Below are positions 52,019 through 64,000 of a DNA stretch of 64,000 nucleotides, one piece after another; the stretch's first letter is position 1, and each line of letters starts with the position of its first letter. This DNA comes from Nitrospirota bacterium (lineage in GTDB: Bacteria > Nitrospirota > UBA9217), in the NCBI GenBank assembly GCA_963741205.1, contig CAVUHW010000013.1, positions 64,001 through 128,000 on the forward strand, written 5' to 3'. The position numbers were made by a program, and so were the translations under genes. The notes under the pieces are model-generated. The model had not been told where the DNA came from and did not search any database. It saw only the letters and a program-made list of their open reading frames with translations.

Positions 52019-53298
52019 ATGAAGAAGTTTCTAGCAGTATTTGCAGTGCTGGCAATGGTAGGTTTGAGTTCGATCGCATTTGCCGCAGCGGAAGTGACCG
52101 TTGGCGGCAGCGTGCAGATCCGGAGCAGGGATTTCAAGATCTGAACTTTGACAAGAACGAATGCCCGCAAACACGGTCGACACGCAGGAACGTATCATGA
52201 TCGACGTGAACGCCAAGGCTGGCGACAACGTCAAGGGCAAGATCACGCTCTGGAACGATTTTGAAGACTGGGGCAGACTTGAAAGCAACCAGGGCAACGG
52301 CTTCGGAAGCGCAACCGGCACTGACGTGCTCGCAGGGCACCGACCACCACCGGTGGCAGGGTAATGGACATTTCGGTTTCCGTGAGGCATGGCTCAGTTT
52401 CAATCTTCCCGGCATTCCGGTGAACGTGACGGCGGGCCACCAGCTCCTGGCTCTGGGCAATGAGTGGTTCCTCCGAAACAAGCATTTCGGTTCCGATGCG
52501 TGGGTAATCGCAAATGTGACCGGCGCTAACACGGCCGCCTTTGTCGATATCAAGGTTGCCGAGGGTCTGGTAGGGAGAAGCGATGATGTTGACGCCTATG
52601 CCTTGCTCGACGTATTCAAGCTCAACGATGACAACATGATCGGCATCAACCTGACCAACGTGCGCCTTGGGACGAGCGACAATGCGCTCCAGAACATCGA
52701 GCTCCATTATGCCGGAAAGCTCGCCATGATCAATTTGAAGGCGCAGGGGGACATGCAAATGGGCACGGCCAAGGCCTCGGCAACGGGTGCTGCAGCCGAT
52801 CAGAAATACAAGGGCGCGCAGGCCATTATCCAGGGCAACGTGGCGCTTGATCCTGTTACGATCAACTTCTTGCTTGGCTGGGGTACGGGTCCCAAGCCTA
52901 ATCAGACCGATATAAATCAGTATATCAACTTCCTGGACATCGACCCCCACTATACCTTCCTGTATGAGTATAAGATTGCCGGCGCATGCGGCGCGAGAAA
53001 CCAGGGCTTCTGTAACACGACGGCCGCCAGCGTGGGCGCCGCGTTTGCTGCTACCAAGAGCCTGACGATAGGCGCTGATTACTATTTCCTGCAGGCGACT
53101 GAGAAGGTGTCAAACAAGAAATCCGGCATTGCCGGTGAGACGACCAACGACCTCGGACAAGAAGTCGATGTGATCGTGAACTGGAAGCTCTATGACAACC
53201 TGACCTGGAACTGGACCTTAGGCTACCTTACGCCCGGCGATGGATTGGGCAAAGATGCCGCGATGGGCGTCCAGGGTATCCTGGCCTTCAAGTTCTAA
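52019..53298 (+). CDS. outer-membrane beta-barrel porin (alginate-export-like); frameshifts in the 5' part
   Basis: RBS GGAGG, signal peptide MKKFLAVFAVLAMVGLSSIAFA, LGQEVD..VNWKLYDNL, C-terminal Phe. Confidence 0.8.
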
Positions 53299-53339
53299 CA
53301 TACTCGCACCACACGTTTACTCAACAGGTAACGGAAACG

Positions 53340-53375
53340 AAAACCCCGGGGGATCAATCCTCCGGGGTTTTTTTT
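53340..53375 (+). terminator. intrinsic terminator after the porin
   Basis: AAAACCCCGGGGGA-tcaa-TCCTCCGGGGTTTTTTTT. Confidence 0.88.
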
Positions 53376-53391
53376 GCCCATACCACAGACC

Positions 53392-53474
53392 GTCATCCCC
53401 GAAGGTTCTATCAGGGATCCGATTTCTTTAAAGACGAAGAGTGGATTCCCGCTCAGAACCACTGCGGGAATGAC
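53392..53474. repeat. GTCAT(T/C)CCCG...GGATTCCCG...CGGGAATGAC palindromic repeat (related copies at 55231-55257 and 58277-58406)
   Basis: Shared GATTCC..../GGAATGAC ends in three spacers. Confidence 0.7.
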
Positions 53475-53694
53475 AATTATGTTGTTTTTTGTCAATGTCG
53501 ATTCCCTCGAAAGATGGTGTATCTGTATATTATGTTTCTTAGATTAATAGCCTTGAGAAGCAAAATATAATGTGCTAAAATGTGTTGCCTTGCGATTTAA
53601 TAAGCACAACGGTTTTATCCAGGCAAGATGCGGGCTCTCCAAGCAGAGTTGTACCAGTTGAGCTAGACTGTGCAGGAATGGAGACGCGGGGAGC

Positions 53695-54084
53695 ATGAAG
53701 ACTCAAGTTGGTTCCGGAACAATCCTGATCGTGGAGGATGAACAGCTTGTGGCGAATCTCGCCCGAGACGTCCTTCTGCGTTTCGGCTATAGGGTGCTGG
53801 TCGTAAATTGCGGCGCGCACGCGATTGACCTGTATCAGCAGCAGTCCCGAGACATCGTGGCAGTCGTCCTGGACATGGTTATGCCGGAGATGGACGGCAG
53901 CGAGGTCTTTCGGAGGCTGCGCGCCATTAACCCCCAAGTGAAAGTGATCGTAACAACCGGTTACGACCGCGCTTCGGACATCGACGAGATGCTTAAGCAA
54001 GGTGCGGCGGGATTCATTCAGAAGCCTTACCGGATTGCAGAACTCGTCAAAGCGGTGGGCGAGGCGGTGGAGGGGGGAACCTAA
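53695..54084 (+). CDS. single-domain response regulator (receiver)
   Basis: TILIVEDE, LDMVMPEMDG, FIQKPY. Confidence 0.9.
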   Translation: MKTQVGSGTILIVEDEQLVANLARDVLLRFGYRVLVVNCGAHAIDLYQQQSRDIVAVVLDMVMPEMDGSEVFRRLRAINPQVKVIVTTGYDRASDIDEMLKQGAAGFIQKPYRIAELVKAVGEAVEGGT

Positions 54085-54146
54085 ATTGCGGATTACCCTG
54101 CACTCGCGCGACGCGCTTGAAGGCGGGCATAAACGGAATTAAAACG

Positions 54147-54176
54147 AAAACGCTCCTAAAATATCAGGAGCGTTTT
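54147..54176. terminator. bidirectional terminator-like hairpin between convergent genes
   Basis: AAAACGCTCCT-aaaatatc-AGGAGCGTTTT. Confidence 0.65.
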
Positions 54177-54339
54177 CCTATCTGAGACAGGCGGTTTTAC
54201 GCAAGAGGATTGAGAAATCCGGAACCCGCACACCCCTGAACTCACGCGTGCGCACACCCTGCATTCGCGCTACGCACTCATAAACGCTGGCCGCAGGCTC
54301 ATAACCGCTGGGTGCAGGCTCCGGATTCCGAAATTGCTC

Positions 54340-55195
54340 TTACGGATTTTGCAGTTTCGCCGCCTTGACCACATGCTTCAGCAGCACGCGTGTCGTCACG
54401 GTGCCGACGCCGCCCGGCACCGGCGTGATCGCTCCGGCCACATCCTTCGCGGGCTCGGTGTCCACATCTCCGAAGAGCTTATCTCCCTCCACATTGATGC
54501 CGACATCCATGACCGTCGCGCCGTTCTTGATGTAGTCCTTCGTGATCATCTCTCGCCTTGCCGATGGCCGCAACCAGGATATCGGCCCGCCTGCATACAC
54601 CCGGGGAGGTCCTGCGTCTTTGAATGACAGACCGTTACGGTGGCGTTCTCGCCCAGGAGCAGCATGGACATGGGTTTGCCGACCACCATGGAGCGGCCGA
54701 CGACCACCGCCTCCTTGCCGCTCATCGGGATCTGATAGAAGCGGAGGATCTCCATGACCGCCTGAGGCGTTGCCGGCGGGAAGCCGGTCATGTCTCCGGC
54801 CATGATCTTTCCCGCGTTCACCGGGTTAAAGCAGTCCACGTCCTTTTCCGGCGAAAGGATGTATTTCACCACGTCTTCCCTGATCTGCTTCGGGAACGGA
54901 CGCATCACGATGATCCCGTGGATGCTTCTTGTCCGCGTTCCGCTCTTTCAGGATATTCACGAACTCGTCCTGGCTCGTTGAGCCGGGCAGCTGTTCGATG
55001 CTCGCAGGCAATGCCGTTCTTTTCCGCCATCTTTTTTGCGCTGTTCGCGTAGGAGACGGAGTCCGCCGCGTCTCCTACGATCATGATCCTGAGCGCGGGA
55101 TTGACGCCCTTGGCCTTGAGCTCCTGCACGTCCTTCTGGATGTCCAGGTCCATCTTCTGAGCCACTTCTTTTCCTGTTAATAGTTTTGCCGGCAT
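54340..55195 (-). CDS. folD: methylenetetrahydrofolate dehydrogenase/cyclohydrolase; several frameshifts
   Basis: [39 protein letters not shown]. Confidence 0.92.
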
Positions 55196-55308
55196 GATTG
55201 CTCCTTGAAAAAAGTTAGTTGTGAGACACACTGGATTCCTGCTTTCGCAGGAATGACAAGATTTTATTCTGTTCCGCATTCCGCACTATCCGCAATCCGC
55301 ATTCGAAT

Positions 55309-55936
55309 CTATCCCATCTTCTTATACGTCGTTGCCATCACGGATTTTTCAAGGGCCGCGACCTTTGTCAGAACGTCCTGCATGCGCGTCCAGGTCTCCT
55401 TGTTGTACGCCTCGTCCTTGATGCTGTTCACGTTGATCTTGACGTTCAGCGCCGCGCTCTGGGCGCAGGCCTGGGCGAGGAGCACGGCAACCCCGGCATC
55501 GCTCACGGCGCGACATTGCCGATATCGGCGGCGCGTTCCGCGAGCTTTGGCGACTTCAAGCGACTTGAGCCCGATTTCGAACGGGACCTGGCAGGCCTTT
55601 TTGAGCGCTTCCTGCATCTTTGCGGTACGGGCCGCCTTTTCCGCATCGGTGTTCTTCGGCATCTTGTAGACCTGGGACAGCGCCCCATAGGCCTCGGTAT
55701 CTTTCTGGATGAGGTCCTGCATGTCCGACCGGAGTTTCTCCGATTCTTTGAGCAGCGCTTCGACCTGCGGCTGAACGTCCTTGTATTTTTCCTTGCCCAG
55801 CGTGAGATTGGCCACCATGCTCACGAGCGCCGCGCCGAGCGCACCCGGTAAGGGCAGCCACGCTGCCGCCTCCCGGCTCGGGGGATTTGCTTGCCAGTTT
55901 GTCCATAAAGTGCCGCAACGGCTGATCGATATACAT
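55309..55936 (-). CDS. cyclodeaminase/cyclohydrolase family (FchA-like methenyl-THF cyclohydrolase); frameshifted
   Basis: LASKSPEPGGGSVAAL, GAALVSMVANLT.GK, SAALNVKIN. Confidence 0.88.
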
Positions 55937-56282
55937 GGTTTCCTCCTGTATCCGTGATTAAGAGTCTGGGATACAAAGAATAATGAAAGCGACATTTTTT
56001 GTCAATAAAAAAATCTATCCATGCCAGGTTGTCAGGTTCACGGTTCCTGATTGGCAGCCGCACCTTTCAGGGTGCGTTACTTGCCTCCAGGCGAGTCGAA
56101 GCATCGGTCTTTATGATCTTTCCAACCTTAACCCCGAACCGTGAACTTCGAATCTGCGCATCGATCATATAAACCCGTAATTTTAGAACACATCAAGCGG
56201 AAAATAGCAAAAGTTTTACTTGACTCTTTTTCATGAGCTTTGGTATTATGTAGAATTCTGATCTCGGGAGGATGCGCCGCTC

Positions 56283-57003
56283 ATGGATGTTTCACACGGA
56301 TTAACCCTGTCTGTTCTTTTCTTTTCGCTCCTCATGGGACTCGTCTCCTTTGCGTCTCCCATGCATTCTTCCCGCTCATTCCCTCGTATGTCTCCTATAT
56401 CACCGGGATAAGCTATGATGAACTCGTAAGCCCCGAGTCGCGCAGGAAGTAACATGAACGTTACCGTTCTTCACTCCCTCGCGTTTGTCGCGGGTTTTTC
56501 GCTTATTTTTGTGTTACTGGGGGCTACGGCAAGCTTTGCCGGAAGCGTCCTTTCGCGGCACCTCGATGCCATCCGGATCGCGGGGGGGCATTCTCATCAT
56601 CATCATGGGTGTCTTCGTCATGGACGTGGTGAACATCCCCTTTCTTCAGCGCGAGGCCAAACTGCAGCTCAAGACGCGGCCTGCAGGGTATGTCGGCACC
56701 ATGCTCGTCGGCATGATTTTCGGCGCCGGCTGGACCCCCTGCACCGGCCCCTTTCTGGGATCCGTGCTCACCCTGGCCATGGGAACCGAGACCCTTGGCC
56801 GGGGCATGGCGCTCCTTGCATTCTATTCGCTCGGCCTCGGGATCCCGTTTATCCTGTCGGCCATTGCTATCAGCGCATTCCTGTCGTCCTTCAACAGGCT
56901 GAAAAAACATTTCAAGATCATCAAGATAACAAGCGGCGCCATCCTGATCATCATGGGCGTGCTGCTTATCATGGACAAGATGACCATCCTTATAATCCGA
57001 TAG
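56283..57003 (+). CDS. ccdA: cytochrome c biogenesis protein CcdA; frameshifted
   Basis: GLVSFASPC.LPLIPSY.SYITG, FGAGWTPCTGP.LGS.L, YSLGLGIPF. Confidence 0.88.
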
Positions 57004-57027
57004 ACAATCGGCGGGAGAATAACGCAT

Positions 57028-57447
57028 ATGTCAGTTGACGGTTTGGATATATTGAAAGACAAGGATGCGCCGCTCTATACCATGGGGGTTGCCGCAAAAC
57101 TGGTCGGCACCACGGCGCAGACGCTGCGCCTCTACGAGAAGCACGGATTGATCCTGCCGACGCGTGAGCGCAGGAACAGGCTGTATACGGAAAATGACAT
57201 CAAGTGGCTGCGCTGCATCCGCGAGCTGATCCACTCCAAAAAGATCAGCATCGAGGGGATCAAGAAACTTCTCGACTATGCGCCGTGCTGGGAGATCAAG
57301 GATTGTCCCGACGATCGGCGGGCTGTTTGCACGGCTTTCACGGACAAGGGCAAGCCATGCTGGGAGACCACCCGGTGCCGCATGGAAAACGACTGCTCGA
57401 CCTGCGTGGTGTTCCTGAGGAACGGGAAAAAAGCGGCGAAGAAATAG
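57028..57447 (+). CDS. MerR/HspR-like transcriptional regulator with Cys-rich C-terminal domain
   Basis: PLYTMGVAAKLVG...TLRLYEK.GLI.P.R...RLY; seven C-terminal Cys with two CW motifs. Confidence 0.85.
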   Translation: MSVDGLDILKDKDAPLYTMGVAAKLVGTTAQTLRLYEKHGLILPTRERRNRLYTENDIKWLRCIRELIHSKKISIEGIKKLLDYAPCWEIKDCPDDRRAVCTAFTDKGKPCWETTRCRMENDCSTCVVFLRNGKKAAKK

Positions 57448-57563
57448 CAGATAGAGCGACGAAGTCAGAATAGAAGATCAGACGAATCAGGAAGGTTCAA
57501 TATGTACGCTCACGTGTTCTAGTCTGATCTCCGTCGTATTCTCTGTACATTCTGGCATCTTCC

Positions 57564-58241
57564 TCACGGATGTTCCTCCACCCAGACCTCTCCCTCCGGC
57601 GTTGTTTCCTTCTTCCAGATCGGCGTGATCCGTTTTAACTCATCGATGCAGAAACGGCAGGCCTTGAACGCCTCGTCACGGTGGCCTGCGGCTACCGCGA
57701 TCAGCACGATGTTTTCTCCTACCGGCAGCGTGCCCACGCGGTGAATGATCAGTCACGTCGATCACTCCGTATTCTTTGATCGCCCGCTCCCTGATCTCCT
57801 CAAGTTTCTTTTCCGCCATGCCCGGATAGTATTCAAACTCGAGCTTGGCGACCTGCTTGCCTTTTGAGAAGTCCCGCGTCGTCCCGAGGAACGTGACGAT
57901 CGCGCCGATGGATGCGGACGCTCGCTTGAGGTCCGCGATCTCCCGGTCAAGAGAGAAGGGCTCTCGCTGGATACGTACACATCGCGGTGGGTTCGTCCCC
58001 GCCTGAAAACGGCGGCATAAGCGCCACCTCGTCTCCGTCTTTAACCCGCGATTCCGGCCTCACGAACTCCTGGTTCACGGAGACCAGTATCCCCCCGGCA
58101 GGCAAGGATGTCTGTGAGAGCAGGATGCTCCCTGGAGACCTGCTCCAGCAGGTCCGCTACCGTTTCTCCGGTGAAAGCGATGGATAATTCGCTCCGGCCG
58201 GCCTTGTCCTTTACGAGTGCGAAGAGCTTGATGGTGATCAT
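57564..58241 (-). CDS. molybdopterin synthase MoaD-MoaE fusion (MoaX-like); frameshifted in this sequence
   Basis: MoaD ending EVALMPPFSGG with no stop codon, then MoaE motifs GAIVTFLGTTR, HRVGTL..GE, PIWKKE. Confidence 0.8.
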
Positions 58242-58422
58242 AAATAGCATGGCCTCCAGCGGCAGCCAGCAAGATGGTTATCCCCGAATGAATTTATCGG
58301 GGAGTCGGTTTTTTTGGATCAAGGCAACCATGTTGCCGTGATGACGCTTACACGGTCGGTTCGCGCCATAAACACCAGATTCCCGATTAAGGCATTCGGG
58401 AATGACGGTTTTTCCCCCTGAG

Positions 58423-59265
58423 TTATTCTCCGGCCAAAAGCGCTTTGTCGGAGTGCGGAAACACGCCGCGCGCCTCCGCCTCATCGAACAACCGGCGTAC
58501 GGCGGCGAGGCCTTCCTGCCCCAGGTCCAGCGAAAAATCATTCACGTACAGGTCAATATGGCTTTTCATCACTCTTTCGTCCATCTCCTGGCTGTGCTGT
58601 TTGCAGTATCCCAGGACCTCGGCCGGGTGTGCATGGGCGTAGCGGAGACTCTCCCGGATGCCTGATTCAACGTCGAGCAGCGTTTCCCGCCCCAGAGAGC
58701 GTTTACCGAGAATGCCGCCCAGAGGGATCGGGAGACCCGAGTACTTCTCCCACCACTCCCCGAGGTCGAGCAGTTTTTCAAGCTTATAGAGCGGATAGGT
58801 AAAACGGCTTTCGTGGATGATGAGACCGGCTGTCGCTTCTCCCCGGGAAACGGCATCCATGATGCGGTCGAAGGGCATGACCATGACGTGCGTGAGCGAA
58901 GGATCGAAGAGGCGAAGAAGAAGATGGGCGGTCGTGAGCTTTCCCGGGGATCGCGATAGCGCCGTGTTTCAGGTCCGCAAGCGAAACGCCCGGCTTGGCG
59001 ACGATGAGCGGGCCCACAGCCCCGTCCGAGCGCGCCCCCGGAGCGGAGCAATGCATAGCTGTTCACGCAGATGTCCAAGGGCGTGGTACGAGATCTTGGT
59101 AAAGTCCAGCCTGCCTTCGAGCGCCATTTGATTCAGCGTCTCCACGTCTTCGAGCTGTTCGCGAAACTCGATGCCCGGGACCCGCACTTTCCCGTGGATG
59201 AGTGCATAGAAAATAAACGTATCGTTCGGGCAGGGAGAGTAGCCGATGGTGAGTGTTTTATCCAT
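58423..59265 (-). CDS. mqnD: 1,4-dihydroxy-6-naphthoate synthase; frameshifted
   Basis: IGYSPCPNDTFIFYAL, GGALGRGCGP, IIHESRFTY, HIDLYVN. Confidence 0.92.
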
Positions 59266-59385
59266 AAAATTCAAATCCTGGAAATGCTCAGGCTGCCTCC
59301 AATGCCACAGCACATGCTTTAAGACTGTTTCAATGTCCGCAATCCATGCGATTTACCTGCAAGCCATGATTCGCTTCATCACTGC

Positions 59386-60115
59386 TCATGCCCTCCAGCA
59401 ATGCTGGATCTGAACCGCCCGCTGAGCTGCCTGCGCTGCCCGGGGAATGTCCCATTTCCGAAGATCGCGGTCCTCGACGATGTTCGATATCCCGCGAACC
59501 TCAAGCCAGGGGACGTTGTGCAGCGCCGCCACCTGAGCCACCGCGGCCCCCTCCATGTTTTCGCACAGGCCGTGATAGCGTGTTTCCAATTCCTTTGCGC
59601 GCTCGGTGGTCCCGGTGCAGGTTGAGAGGGTGACGAAGGTGCCGGCGTGTATCCTTTGCACCTGCGGTCCCTGAAGAGACTTGAGCAGTTGCAGTGACCG
59701 CATTACCAATGGCTCCGGAGCGGGATAGGTGGAATAAATACTCAGACGTAGCCGTCTTGACAAGAGGTATCCCGATGTATTCCGTATCCTTGAAACCTTC
59801 GGCGTCAGCACGCCTTCGTCGCCGGCGATTTCTTCCTTCGCGAGCGCGACATCGCCCACGATTGCGCCCCCGAGAGGGATAAGCGCCGCCCACGCCAAAG
59901 ACGAGAAGGACCTCGGGGTTAAAGCGAGTCAGCAGGAGCGTTGCAGCGTGGGAGGCATTGACCTTGCCCATGCCGCCGACGCACAAAAGAACACGCTGAT
60001 TATAAAGCGTACCCTCGATCACCGATTTGGACCCAAGTTTCACCGTGCTCGAAGCGGCGATTTCTTCGAGGAGGCGGTCGGCTTCGGCCTCGACGGCACA
60101 GATGAGGGCAATCAT
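59386..60115 (-). CDS. mqnB: futalosine hydrolase; frameshifted, 3' end approximate
   Basis: GGMGKVNA, FGVGGAY, T.STCTGT, ENMEGAAVA, EVRGISN.VEDRD; adjacent to mqnD. Confidence 0.85.
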
Positions 60116-60384
60116 AGAGTCCTTTTATTAAAGCAGTGTTTGAACATCTTATTGAAAAATAAGGAATTTACGGCACCAAGCACCCTCATTCAACCTTGTT
60201 CAGATGATTGCCCGGGCAAGCCGAATACCCTGAAAATCCCCATGAATATACCATACTTTTAATTGCACTTCTACGGCAAATTTGCTATGATAAGCGCGAT
60301 TTTACAGGTGTTTTTTCGTCCGAAACGACTTTCGCCCAGGGGTTGAAGCCGAGGGGCAGCATAATTCGGTCTTGACGGGGAGGG

Positions 60385-61579
60385 ATGATGTTGCGATTTT
60401 TAACCGCCGGGGAGTCTCACGGTGAGCTGCTCATGGGAATCATCGAGGGCATGCCTGCAGGCCTCTTGATCAGGGTAACGGACATAGACCGCGATCTTGC
60501 CAGGCGGCAGGCCGGATACGGACGCGGCGGCCGTATGAAGATCGAGAAGGACTCGGTCAAGATCTACACCGGCGTGCGCTGGGGCCGGACGCTCGGCAGC
60601 CCCATCGGGCTCATGATCCGGAACAAGGACTGGGAGAACTGGCGGGACAAGATGTCGCCGGACCCCATGTTCCTGAATTCCGCGGAGCCGGTCACGCGGC
60701 CCCGTCCGGGCCATGCCGACCTGGCGGGCGCCCTGAAGTACGGGATGACCGACATCCGGAACATCCTCGAGCGCTCGAGCGCGCGCGAGACGGCCATGCG
60801 TGTTGCCGTGGGTGCGGTGGCGAAGAGGCTGCTCGAAGAGTTCGGCATCGAGGTCGTGAGCCATGTGCTTTCCATCGGCGGGGTCTACGCCAAGGTGCCG
60901 AAGGTGTCCCCTGCGGAATCAAAAAAAGGGCGGAGGCCTCGGAACTGCGCTGCACCGACCATGAAGCGGAAAGACGGATGATGCACAAGATCGACGAGGC
61001 CAGGGCGGCAGGCGATTCCCTGGGCGGTGTTTTCGAGTTGATCATAACCGGCGTTCCGACAGGGCTCGGCAGTCATGCGCACTGGGACCGGAAGCTCGAC
61101 GGCAAACTCGCCGCGGCGCTCATGAGCGTCCAGGCGATCAAGGGCGTCGAGATCGGCGCGGGATTCGGCGTGGCGAACCGTCCCGGCTCCCTGGTGCATG
61201 ACGAGATCTTCTGGAGCAGGAAGGAAGGGTTCTTCCGCAAGACGAACATGGCCGGCGGCATCGAGGGCGGGATGAGCAACGGCGGGCCCATCGTCGCTTC
61301 GCGCCGCCATGAAGCCGATCCCCACGCTCATGAAGCCGCTTCGCTCCGTCGACATCGTGAGCAAGAAGCCCTTCAAGGCGGGCGTCGAGCGTTCCGACGT
61401 CTGCGCCGTGCCAGCTGCCGGCGTGGTGGCCGAGGCCGCTGGTGGCCTTCGAGATCGCGTCGGCCATGATCGAGAAATTCGGCGGCGACAGCATCGACGA
61501 GATGAAGCGGAACTACATCGCGTATGAAAAGCATCTGAAGGCGCGAATGGAAGTGGAAGAAGAACAGGAGAAGAAGTAG
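60385..61579 (+). CDS. aroC: chorismate synthase; frameshifted
   Basis: [36 protein letters not shown]. Confidence 0.95.
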
Positions 61580-61676
61580 GAAGTCAGAGTCAGAGAGTCA
61601 GAGACTCATGGCACGTCAGAGGAAGTCAGATCTTCCTCAGTGCATCTACGGTTTGCTCATGCAGCTGGAAAGACTC

Positions 61677-63290
<1,614 letters not shown>

Positions 63291-63373
63291 CAGTGAGTAC
63301 AGTAGCAAGGTTTTGATCACCTTGCCCCTTGCTACTTGACCCTGACTCCTGACTCCTGACCCACGGAGGGAAC

Positions 63374-64000
63374 ATGAGCGAATATCTCTGGCATTGCCCG
63401 TTCTGCAACAGGGAGCAGACCGTTACCGAGAAGGACAGGCAGACGGCCTTCGCCGATCTCACCATTGATAATGCGGATGGCCCGCGTCGTCTCGTGACCA
63501 AGTTCGTGGTCTGTCCCAATCCCGAGTGCCGGAAGTTCTCGCTCTCCGCATCCCTGCACGGCACTGAAGCAGAGCGGAGGCCGTTCCTACACAGGGCAGC
63601 TTCAGAAGACCTGGGACCTCGTCCCGCCGTCCCGCGCCCGTTCCTTTCCCGTCGCCATCCCCCAGAACGTCCTTGAAGACTACCAGGAAGCCTGCATCAC
63701 CCTGGAACTAAGCCCCAAGGTCGCAGCAGCCCTGTCGCGTCGCTGCCTTTCGAAGATGCTGAGGGACTTCTGGCAGGTGCAGCCCGGCAGGCTCATCGAT
63801 GAGTTCCGCCAGATCAAGGGCGCGGCAGACCCCCTGACCTGGGAGGCGATCGAGTCCGTGCGAAACAGCGGGATGATCGGCGCCCGGTTCGAGAGCGAGG
63901 GTGCCGAGATCTTCGACATCGACCCCGGCGAGGCAAAGCTCCTGATCGGCCTGATCGAGACGCTCATCGAGGACTGGTACATCGGCCGGGAGGAGCGCAG
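63374..64000 (+). CDS. DUF4145 domain protein with N-terminal Zn-ribbon (partial, frameshifted)
   Basis: CPFC...CPNPEC; DYQEAC..L..SPK.AAALSRRCL; WEAIESVR..G.IGA. Confidence 0.7.

Overview
Core-genome segment of a GC-rich bacterium. Gene content and protein style suggest Nitrospirota or a related deltaproteobacteria-like lineage; this is inference only. From left to right: partial galT, dciA-like gene, DUF488; a tightly overlapping pterin operon (flavoprotein, PCD, pteridine-reductase SDR, folB, folK, folE); a tRNA methyltransferase and ybgC; an unexplained ~310-nt structured intergenic RNA candidate (7113-7430, minus); a pabB/trpE-like gene, cysS, rlmB. Then the translation/transcription supercluster: tRNA-Thr/Tyr/Gly/Thr, tuf, rpmG, tRNA-Trp, secE, nusG, rplKAJL, rpoBC, and the str, S10, spc and alpha operons, with adk missing. 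After it come a two-kinase/HD-GYP signalling cluster, a porin, folD/fchA, ccdA with a Cys-rich MerR, a moaD-moaE fusion, mqnD/mqnB, aroC/K/B and a partial DUF4145 gene. Many essential genes carry single-base frameshifts, best explained as long-read assembly errors. Intergenic spacers hold several families of short palindromic and 7/9-nt periodic repeats. The best novelty candidate is the ~310-nt RNA, which has its own promoter, a boxA-like element, a closing helix and a U-tail.
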